This document shows positions 1 to 6,432 of a stretch of 10,350 nucleotides of DNA, piece after piece. Location: NCBI GenBank assembly GCA_027058345.1, contig JALUTC010000133.1, positions 1-10,350 on the forward strand, in the 5' to 3' direction. Both the position numbers and the translations under genes were made by a program. Source of the DNA: an archaeon (GTDB taxonomy: Archaea; Hydrothermarchaeota; Hydrothermarchaeia; JALTZZ01; JALUTC01). The notes under the pieces are model-generated. The model saw only the letters and a program-made list of their open reading frames with translations, ran no database searches and was not told the DNA's origin. Each line of letters begins with the position of its first letter. The stretch's first letter is position 1.

Positions 1-9
1 GAAATAATC

Positions 10-48
10 TTTAAAATATAAAATATTCATCATTAAAAATTTATATGC
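10..48 (+). promoter_or_regulatory. Candidate archaeal promoter (TATA/BRE-like AT boxes) for the ORF1 operon
   Basis: Two TATA-like boxes, 'tttaaaatataaaatatt' (11-28) and 'aaaaatttatatgc' (35-48), lie 35-70 bp upstream of the ATG at 82. A-rich BRE-like tracts flank each box. Called from position only. Confidence 0.3.
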
Positions 49-71
49 TTTATGCCCTTAAATTATTAATT

Positions 72-77
72 GGTGAT
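72..77 (+). promoter_or_regulatory. Shine-Dalgarno-like GGTGAT, 4 nt upstream of ATG 82
   Basis: GGTGAT is complementary to the archaeal 16S 3' end (..GAUCACCUCC). Spacing to the ATG is 4 nt. Confidence 0.4.
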
Positions 78-81
78 ATGA

Positions 82-732
82 ATGGTCATTAGGATCTCTG
101 ATATAGAAAGTACATTGGAAGCAATACCAAAAAAGATAAAATTCCTAACAAAGAAGGACAAGGAAACTGAGGAAGCAATAAAGGGATTAAATTTAAAGTT
201 AGAAGATATACCTGATAAACTCGTAGAGAATATGAAAAAATTATCCGAAATATGTTTAAATAAGGAATTATCTCTTGAAGAAAGGATAAAGAAGGCGAAG
301 GAATTGATAGATGATTCTATTAAAATCTCTCCAAAGGCTTTATCGGAAAAAGTCCTAAAACTTAGATTGAAAGAGATTCAAGAAGCAGAGGCAAAATATG
401 AATTGATAAAGTTTAAAAAATATTTAAAAGAGGATGCAATTGCACCATTAGAGCTATTAATCTCGGATGATCCAAAGATTAAATTAATATTGAAAAACAT
501 GGGTATAAAGGAAATTCCAAAGAAAATTAGAGAATTAGCATTGGAGGCAAAGAAAATACTTGAAGATGAGAGTATACCAATACGAGAGAGGGTTGCTAAA
601 GCTTCCGAGCTTCTTGTTCAACCACTATTACCTGCATTGTACGATATAGGAAAGGAATTTAAAGACTTACCCATTGAATTGAAAGGATTGCTTTGGGAAA
701 TAGCTTACGAATTAAATACAAAGCATAAATAA
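82..732 (+). CDS. Hypothetical K/E-rich alpha-helical (coiled-coil) protein, 216 aa; translationally coupled to the downstream T2SSF-like gene
   Basis: Long ORF with an SD-like motif upstream. Composition suggests long helices with heptad-like K/E/L/I periodicity. No Walker motif, no TM segment and no recognisable family. Its TAA stop (730-732) abuts the next gene's ATG (733). Confidence 0.6.
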   Translation: MVIRISDIESTLEAIPKKIKFLTKKDKETEEAIKGLNLKLEDIPDKLVENMKKLSEICLNKELSLEERIKKAKELIDDSIKISPKALSEKVLKLRLKEIQEAEAKYELIKFKKYLKEDAIAPLELLISDDPKIKLILKNMGIKEIPKKIRELALEAKKILEDESIPIRERVAKASELLVQPLLPALYDIGKEFKDLPIELKGLLWEIAYELNTKHK

Positions 733-1572
733 ATGGAAGAAATAATAGAAAGATTGTCTCTAATTAAGATTCCAAAGAAGTATTCAAAGAGAATAGAAAT
801 AGATTTGAGAAGAGCAAGAATAAAAGTCTTACCCGAAATATATATCTCTTTTGTTTTTACAATCTCCTTAATATCATTTATAATATCATATGTAATATTT
901 TTAATATTTTATATTTTTTCAAGGAATTTATTGTTTCTTATATTTCCACCGATAATTTCTATTATAATCCTTACGTTTCTATATTTTTATCCAAAACTTA
1001 AGGCATTGGATATTAGAAGAGATATAGAGCATAACATAGTTTATGCAACGATATATCTCTCTGCAATATTTACCGGAGGAATTCCACCAGTCACAATTTT
1101 CAGAATATTATCTAGAAAGAAGGAGTTTGGTGAGATATCAAACGAGGCGAGAGAAGTATTGAAGAATTCTGAGCTCTTAGGAATTAGCTTTGTTGATGCT
1201 TTGAAAAAACAAGCTGAAGAAACATCGTCAAAAAGATTTTCCGAAATACTATCTGGAATAGCTTCGTCAATATCAACTGGAGGAGATACTGCTGGATATT
1301 TAAGAGATATGGCTATGAGTTTGATAAATGAAGAGAGAAATTTATGGAGAGAAAGAATCGACAAATTATCAATATTTTTGGAAATATATATAACAATGCT
1401 AATAATTGGTCCAATATTTATCGGTATAACATCGAGTTTATTATCTGGAATTGCTATAACACCTGGATTTAATCCTTTGGCAATGATTCAATTGCTCGTA
1501 TATATAATTATGCCAATAGTAAATATAATATTTTTAGTATTAATTCATACAATGTTCCCAACACCAAGTTAA
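733..1572 (+). CDS. Polytopic membrane protein with a single T2SSF-like cytoplasmic domain (FlaJ/TadC/GspF platform-protein family), 279 aa
   Basis: Two N-terminal hydrophobic TM segments (aa ~43-87). A ~125-aa helical soluble domain follows ('ILSRKKEFGEISNEAREVLKNSELLGISFVDALKKQAE...GIASSISTGGDTAGYLRDMAMSL...') that matches the T2SSF domain pattern. Two C-terminal TM segments follow. TAAATG coupling with ORF1. Confidence 0.5.
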   Translation: MEEIIERLSLIKIPKKYSKRIEIDLRRARIKVLPEIYISFVFTISLISFIISYVIFLIFYIFSRNLLFLIFPPIISIIILTFLYFYPKLKALDIRRDIEHNIVYATIYLSAIFTGGIPPVTIFRILSRKKEFGEISNEAREVLKNSELLGISFVDALKKQAEETSSKRFSEILSGIASSISTGGDTAGYLRDMAMSLINEERNLWRERIDKLSIFLEIYITMLIIGPIFIGITSSLLSGIAITPGFNPLAMIQLLVYIIMPIVNIIFLVLIHTMFPTPS

Positions 1573-1605
1573 TTATTCAAAATTTCTTATAATTATGGGA
1601 TAGCA

Positions 1606-2271
1606 ATGAACGTTGTAATATGTCTAGGAGGTTCCGTTGTAGCGTCTCCTAAAATAAATAAGGAATATATAAAGGAATTCTCATCTCTCATCAAGAAATT
1701 TTTAAGCATTGGTTATCGTTTCATAATAGTTGTCGGTGGCGGAGATATTGCTCGAGAATATATAAATATAGCGAGGGAGCTTTCAAACGATGAAACACTA
1801 TGCGATAAAGTAGGTATAATGGTTACGAGAATGAATGCAATGCTTTTAATATCTGCTCTTAAAGGATATGCATATGAAGATGTAATAACTGATACTAAAG
1901 GTTTAAAATTTGAAGATAAGGTGAAAATTTTGGGAGGAACAGTTCCAGGACAAACAACCGATAGCGTCGCGGCAGAAGCAGCGAGAGAAAGTCGTGCAGA
2001 TTTGTTAATATATGTGACAAACGTTGATGGTATATATGATAAGGATCCACAAATATATAAGGATGCGAGATTGATAAAGAGAATGAAGTTTGAAGATTTG
2101 GTAAATTATTCGATAAGGGAACATAAAGCAGGTATTAGAGGGGTAATCGATTATAAGGCTGCCATGATTATAAAGGAAAATAGAATCAAGACAATATTTC
2201 TAAATGGTAAGGATATAAAAAACATTGAAAAGGCATTATTGGGAGAGGAAGTTGGTACTTTAATTTCTTAA
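1606..2271 (+). CDS. pyrH: Uridylate (UMP) kinase, archaeal type
   Basis: N-terminal 'MNVVICLGGSVV' and the 'VVGGGDIAREYI', 'TRMNAMLL', 'GGTVPGQTTDSVAA', 'YVTNVDGIYDKDP' motifs. The C-terminal 'LLGEEVGTLIS' is typical of archaeal PyrH in the amino-acid kinase family. 221 aa. Confidence 0.9.
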   Translation: MNVVICLGGSVVASPKINKEYIKEFSSLIKKFLSIGYRFIIVVGGGDIAREYINIARELSNDETLCDKVGIMVTRMNAMLLISALKGYAYEDVITDTKGLKFEDKVKILGGTVPGQTTDSVAAEAARESRADLLIYVTNVDGIYDKDPQIYKDARLIKRMKFEDLVNYSIREHKAGIRGVIDYKAAMIIKENRIKTIFLNGKDIKNIEKALLGEEVGTLIS

Positions 2272-2604
2272 TCACTTACGATAAAATAATTTAAAATTAT
2301 TCATAAACTCTTCTGGATTTTTTACCGATAGTATTACCTTCTTCCAAAAACCCTTTCTCTTTATAATTTCAATACTTCTACCATGATGTGTTACGAAGAA
2401 TAATGTTCGAGATAATGGATTTATTCTCAATCCCCATCCAATATAATATGGAACTCTATCTATAATTTTGATATCCTCTATATCGGAGAAATTTATGATA
2501 TATTTGAATGGCCAGAAGCAGGCCTCGATCTTGTCAGTATATATTCTAAAATACATGGGAAGCAATAATTTATAATGTTTTTCCTCGTATATAACTTTCT
2601 CCAT
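2272..2604 (-). CDS. Hypothetical protein, 110 aa, no confident family assignment
   Basis: Clean ORF. The PP-loop ATPase gene ends 2 bp upstream of its start (2605-2606). Its stop abuts the pyrH stop with 0 bp between. It reads as a folded protein rather than low complexity: several aromatics, an HHGRS motif, 'GWGLRINP'. Confidence 0.55.
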   Translation of the reverse strand: MEKVIYEEKHYKLLLPMYFRIYTDKIEACFWPFKYIINFSDIEDIKIIDRVPYYIGWGLRINPLSRTLFFVTHHGRSIEIIKRKGFWKKVILSVKNPEEFMNNFKLFYRK

Positions 2605-2606
2605 AT

Positions 2607-3350
2607 TTAAATGATTTTAAGCCTTTTAACAATTTTCTCTATTCCAGTTGAATATTGCAACGCCTTCTTTTCTCTATTATAAATGAATTCGGGCAATCCA
2701 ATTTCCTTAGCAACTATTCTTAATATGTATTTTCTAATACCATTCTTTATCTTATATTCGATAGGAATTTCTCTCGCAACTCTATACATTTCTTCTGTTG
2801 AAAATGGAGCGAAATATTTCAGACCAAAAACTTCAACAACGCTCTTATCTCTAATATAATCGATGGTTAAGCACTTCTTAAAGTCTTCTTCAAGAATTCT
2901 TTCCAAATCTTTAGGATTCGCTCTCAAATATTTATAATATCCACCAAATAATTCATCAGCACCTTGAGCCGTTATAAATATCTTGCATCTATCTTTAATA
3001 GCATTTTCCGCAATTGCATAGAAACAAATACCAATGGATAAATCCATTCTCGTTTTCCTTGGAATAATCTTCATAACATTTGCTGCAACATTTTTTATAT
3101 ATTCTTCATCAATTTTTATTATTTTAATATTATTAAAAATATTTTTTGATTTTTCTATATATTCCAAATCCTTTGAATAATTTGTAACGACGGAATAAAG
3201 GATGAAATCTTTATTCAAAATTTTGAGAATCTTTGCCAAAATACTACTATCTAATCCTGCTGAAAATGCGAGTGCTGATTTTTCATCTATTTTATTTATA
3301 ATTTTTTTTAATGTTTCTATTATTTTTCTCGAATAATTCCCTTCTTTCAT
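2607..3350 (-). CDS. Asparagine synthetase B C-terminal-domain-like PP-loop ATP pyrophosphatase (no glutaminase domain), ~247 aa
   Basis: PP-loop 'SAGLDSS' sits near the N-terminus. The AsnB signature 'GADELFGGYYKY' is present. There is no N-terminal Ntn-glutaminase (MCGI) domain and no QueC-type C-terminal Cys cluster. ATG at 3350; an in-frame TTG at 3356 is used by the ORF track; an in-frame stop lies at 3381-3383, so it cannot extend further. Confidence 0.8.
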   Translation of the reverse strand: MKEGNYSRKIIETLKKIINKIDEKSALAFSAGLDSSILAKILKILNKDFILYSVVTNYSKDLEYIEKSKNIFNNIKIIKIDEEYIKNVAANVMKIIPRKTRMDLSIGICFYAIAENAIKDRCKIFITAQGADELFGGYYKYLRANPKDLERILEEDFKKCLTIDYIRDKSVVEVFGLKYFAPFSTEEMYRVAREIPIEYKIKNGIRKYILRIVAKEIGLPEFIYNREKKALQYSTGIEKIVKRLKII

Positions 3351-3543
3351 AGACAAATACAGTCTTATATATATTATTTTCTAAGATATTTCTAAGTTTT
3401 TCAACGAAATTTTCAAACTCAATATTCACGAGATATATTTCAATTATATTTGATTTTGAATTTTTTATAATTTCTTTCAAATTATCTTCCTCAGATTTTC
3501 TTACATATATTCTCTGAATATCAGTAGGGGTGTTTTTCATCAT
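3292..3543 (-). CDS. Small hypothetical protein, 83 aa (K/N/I/E-rich); overlaps the start of the PP-loop ATPase gene by ~59 nt in another frame
   Basis: Starts (ATGATG) immediately after the AT-rich promoter/terminator stretch 3544-3590. It fills what would otherwise be a ~235-bp gap in a gapless genome. Composition is low-complexity-like, and this is the AT-richest stretch of the window (~20% GC), so a spurious ORF is possible. Confidence 0.35.
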   Translation of the reverse strand: MMKNTPTDIQRIYVRKSEEDNLKEIIKNSKSNIIEIYLVNIEFENFVEKLRNILENNIYKTVFVYERRELFEKNNRNIKKNYK

Positions 3544-3590
3544 ATTTCAGCTTAATCCCAGTTCATCATTAAAAATAAAAAATAAATAAC
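3544..3590 (-). promoter_or_regulatory. Oligo-T tract directly after the nitroreductase stop (archaeal terminator-like) that doubles as a TATA/BRE-like box for the downstream small ORF / PP-loop gene
   Basis: Minus-strand sequence after stop codon 3591-3593 reads AGTTATTTATTTTTTATTTTTAATGATG. T5-T6 runs are the canonical archaeal intrinsic termination signal. The AT box sits ~25-45 bp upstream of ATG 3543. Confidence 0.35.
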
Positions 3591-4133
3591 TTATTCTCTT
3601 GGATATCCTACAGGCATGATATATAATGGTTTATGATCTTTTGGCAAAGACAATACGTTTGCTACATCTTCATCGTAGAATGCTCCTATGGCAACTGTTC
3701 CAAGACCCAATGCTGTACATTGCAAGTAAATGTTTTGTGATACATGACCAGCTTCAAACAATACATATCTAATGCCACGATCCCCATACTTTCTAGTAGT
3801 CCTTTCAAAAACTGCTGCAATAACAATATCTAAAGGAGCTTCGAGTACATACTCTTGATATAATGCGGCTTTCATCAATTCCTCTCTGAAATCTCCCCTT
3901 TTAATCAATTCCAATGAATGTTCATGAGGTATGTAATGAAAGACACCCTCTTCCATTACAGCATACAGTTCTATTGGATATAAGGCACCTGCAGATGGAA
4001 CCGTTCGATAGAAGTTTTCTCTCGTTATTCCCTGACCTGCCCATAATATTTGAGATATTTGCTCCATGGATAGCTTCTTGTTCAAAAATCTTCTGCAAGA
4101 TTTCCTCCTATATATCGCTTCTTCCAAAGACAT
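3591..4133 (-). CDS. Nitroreductase-fold FMN protein, SagB-type dehydrogenase-domain family (stand-alone), ~180 aa
   Basis: Motifs 'RRKSCRRF' (RRSxRxF), 'ISQILWAGQGIT', 'RTVPSAGALYPIELY' and 'GHVSQNIYLQCTALGLGTVAIGAF' are characteristic of the SagB/ThcOx-type nitroreductase domain. Family proteins usually begin ~8 aa before the RRSxRxF motif, so M14 (ATG 4133) is the preferred start. The ORF-track start at 4172 would place it only 6 bp from the endA start. Confidence 0.85.
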   Translation of the reverse strand: MSLEEAIYRRKSCRRFLNKKLSMEQISQILWAGQGITRENFYRTVPSAGALYPIELYAVMEEGVFHYIPHEHSLELIKRGDFREELMKAALYQEYVLEAPLDIVIAAVFERTTRKYGDRGIRYVLFEAGHVSQNIYLQCTALGLGTVAIGAFYDEDVANVLSLPKDHKPLYIMPVGYPRE

Positions 4134-4178
4134 TTTTCCGGAATATTTTGGCTGAGGTAACTTTATCTTCATAAATAT

Positions 4179-4664
4179 ATGATTATATATCTTCTTGACG
4201 ATGTCGGCATTTGTTACGATTGCGAAAGGATAAAAAAGAGGGGATTTGGAACAGAAAGAAAAAATTTTTTAACATTAAATTTATACGAAATATTATATAT
4301 AATTGAGAATTATAAGGCGAAGGTTGTTAAAGATTCGAGGGAGGTTTCGGTTCATGATTTTATAAAGCATGCAGAGAACTTTATAAAAAATTTTTACATA
4401 AAGTATTTAGTTTTTAAGGATTTGACGAACAAAGGGTATGTAGTTAAGTCTGGATATAAGTTTGGATTTGATTTTAGGGTATATGTTAAAAATGAGACTC
4501 ATTCGAAATATCTCGTCAAGGTATTTTATGAAGAATCAAGCATAAGCCTTCTGGAAATTTCTTCAATGATAAGACTTGCAACATTTTCAAATAAAATTCC
4601 TGTAATAGCAATTGTTGACAAAGATTTTTCAATAAGTTACTTTAAATTATCCAGAGAATTATAA
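4179..4664 (+). CDS. endA: tRNA-splicing (intron) endonuclease, catalytic-type subunit
   Basis: 'NFLTLNLYEILYI', 'KYLVFKDLTNKGYVVKSGYKFGFDFRVY', 'HSKYLVKVF.EESS' and 'IPVIAIVDKD' align motif-for-motif with M. jannaschii EndA: 'NFLSLSLVEALYL', 'KYLVYKDLRTRGYIVKTGLKYGADFRLY', 'HSVYLVKVFPEDSS', 'LLIAIVDADGD'. These include the catalytic Y/H/K region. 161 aa. Confidence 0.85.
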   Translation: MIIYLLDDVGICYDCERIKKRGFGTERKNFLTLNLYEILYIIENYKAKVVKDSREVSVHDFIKHAENFIKNFYIKYLVFKDLTNKGYVVKSGYKFGFDFRVYVKNETHSKYLVKVFYEESSISLLEISSMIRLATFSNKIPVIAIVDKDFSISYFKLSREL

Positions 4665-6008
4665 TTATAAAATTTTTGGGAATAATCTTTTATATATTTC
4701 ATCTAAGAATTCATCGAGAAAAACTTCCTCATTTTTCAGCAATTTATATCCACTTTCCTTTATCGATTTCTCTATATAGGATGGAATTCCTATAGATTTT
4801 AAATCCTTCCTGGATAACATGTCATTGATTAATTCGTAAATATCCTTGTATTTTCTCTCGGCAAATACATACCATCTGTCCTCCTTTATAAATGGATCCC
4901 CGTAAATGTTTCCCCTATATTTTCTCAAAAACCTCTCTTCTTCCTTACTGCCAACAATTGGTCCTTTGTGAAGTTTTATTCTTGGAAGCTTATCCGATTC
5001 AAGTTCGAACATGAATAGAACATTATTATTCGATACTAAAAACTCTGAAAGCAAGATTCTGAAGTCGTTCCTTTCAATATTTTCTCTAAAGACCCTTAAG
5101 CATTTTCTCGCTTGACTATAAATTATTTCATCAATTACATCAGGTCTTTTTATCAAAATTCCAATGAGAGAGGTTCCCCTTTTTTTAAACAATTCTATGG
5201 CATATTCTTTTTGAATTTTTTCCTCATGTTTAAAGAAGAATTTAAGTTTATCATTTGATTTAAAAAATTCTTTCGCATAAAATATAAATTTGTAAAAGTT
5301 TTCAACAGATAATGCTGCGGCAACGTTTCTATTTTCATCAACCGGATCTATAAATATGAGGGGTTGTCCTTTAAATTTTTCCAAAACCTTTGACTTATCA
5401 ACATAGAAAAATGAAATTATTTCGCCGAATTTCCATTTCGTTGCATTTCTCAACACATTCTCAAAGCTACCATATTTTATAATCAATAACTCACACAAAT
5501 ATCCTGAAAAACCTCTAACTTTTTCCTCAGCACCATACAGGTTCAAATTCTTTAAGAATTGTTTCAACAATCTAACATCTTCTTCCTTTCCTTTTATATA
5601 TTTGGATACGAATTCGTGATGAAATGGTGTCCTATCAACCGATGATGCCTTTTCCTTTGGATCAGAAATTTTATAGCATGGAACTATTTCTACATCATAT
5701 CCCTTATAATTCCCTCTCACATATGGATGCTCGGCATACTTCTTTTCATATTTACCAAATATCTTCCTTGCAATCTCTTCAACATATCTTTCCATATCCT
5801 CCTTGTTATAATCTTTTGGAAAGAATATAAATACATCTAAATCCTTTTCATATCTTAACCACGTATCCCTAGCAGCTGATCCCAATAATTTTACATCAAA
5901 ATCTGTATACTTCTTAATCTCATTTATAACTTCGTTTGCAATTCTCTTCAACTCTTCCTTTTCTTCAACGGTTGGTGATATCTTTTTAAGAACAAGCTCT
6001 CTATACAT
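4665..6008 (-). CDS. cca: CCA-adding enzyme (archaeal class I tRNA nucleotidyltransferase), 447 aa
   Basis: 'LLGSAARDTWL...DLDVFIFFP', 'YAEHPYV', 'VDRTPFHH' and 'RGFSGYLCELL' match the archaeal CCA enzyme (A. fulgidus type) throughout. Homology alignment puts the start at 'MYRELVLK' (ATG 6006-6008). The 66-codon upstream extension in the ORF track is low-complexity and overlaps yjbQ. Confidence 0.9.
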   Translation of the reverse strand: MYRELVLKKISPTVEEKEELKRIANEVINEIKKYTDFDVKLLGSAARDTWLRYEKDLDVFIFFPKDYNKEDMERYVEEIARKIFGKYEKKYAEHPYVRGNYKGYDVEIVPCYKISDPKEKASSVDRTPFHHEFVSKYIKGKEEDVRLLKQFLKNLNLYGAEEKVRGFSGYLCELLIIKYGSFENVLRNATKWKFGEIISFFYVDKSKVLEKFKGQPLIFIDPVDENRNVAAALSVENFYKFIFYAKEFFKSNDKLKFFFKHEEKIQKEYAIELFKKRGTSLIGILIKRPDVIDEIIYSQARKCLRVFRENIERNDFRILLSEFLVSNNNVLFMFELESDKLPRIKLHKGPIVGSKEEERFLRKYRGNIYGDPFIKEDRWYVFAERKYKDIYELINDMLSRKDLKSIGIPSYIEKSIKESGYKLLKNEEVFLDEFLDEIYKRLFPKIL

Positions 6009-6015
6009 AATATTT

Positions 6016-6432
6016 ATGAAGGTTTTCACAAAAACTCTTGAGTATTTCCTTAAGGAAGATGAAATCAAAGATATAACGGAAGATGTTAGGAGAATTGTTA
6101 AAGAATCCGGTGTAAAGAATGGTATAGTCAATATTTTTTCAATAGGCTCAACATCAGGTATAACTACAATAGAGTATGATCCAAATCTTCTCAAAGATTT
6201 CAACAATATGATGGAAAAGATTGCACCAAAAGATTTCGATTATTTACATCATAGAACGTGGGGGGACGATAATGGTTCAAGCCATCTGAGGTCAAGCATA
6301 ATAGGAACAAATATGACATTACCAATAATTAATGGTGAAATACCTTTAGGAACATGGCAGCAAATAGTATTGATAAATTTTGATACAAGAGATAGAAAGA
6401 GGAGGGTTATAATTCAGGTGATTGGAGACTAA
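6016..6432 (+). CDS. yjbQ: YjbQ/UPF0047 family protein (annotated in databases as secondary thiamine-phosphate synthase enzyme), 138 aa
   Basis: 'HHRTWGDDNGSSHLRSSIIGTNMTLPIINGEIPLGTWQQIVLINFD...RRVIIQVIGD' parallels E. coli YjbQ '[45 protein letters not shown]...RRIIATLQGE'. The N-terminus 'MKVFTKTLEY' aligns with 'MWYQKTLTL', so the start at 6016 is well supported. Confidence 0.85.
   Translation: MKVFTKTLEYFLKEDEIKDITEDVRRIVKESGVKNGIVNIFSIGSTSGITTIEYDPNLLKDFNNMMEKIAPKDFDYLHHRTWGDDNGSSHLRSSIIGTNMTLPIINGEIPLGTWQQIVLINFDTRDRKRRVIIQVIGD

Noticed and set aside
1041-1364. 107-aa minus-strand ORF antisense to the T2SSF-like gene
   Set aside because: It lies entirely inside a longer, motif-supported ORF on the opposite strand. 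It has no start context and reads as an AT-rich antisense artefact.
3914-4174. 86-aa plus-strand ORF antisense to the nitroreductase gene
   Set aside because: Fully embedded antisense to a gene with strong family motifs. No independent support.
4259-4270. Perfect A6T6 palindrome (aaaaaatttttt) inside endA
   Set aside because: In an AT-rich genome this is expected by chance. It encodes K-N-F-L in a region aligned to MJ EndA, so there is no evidence of independent function.
5624-5830. 68-aa plus-strand ORF inside cca
   Set aside because: Antisense shadow ORF within a well-supported gene.
6009-6206. 66-codon N-terminal extension of cca in the ORF track (MLKSLRRFGSYSIVV...)
   Set aside because: The extension is low-complexity and would overlap yjbQ by ~190 nt. 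Archaeal CCA enzymes begin ~45 aa before the GSxARxTWL motif, matching ATG 6006-6008 (MYRELVLK).
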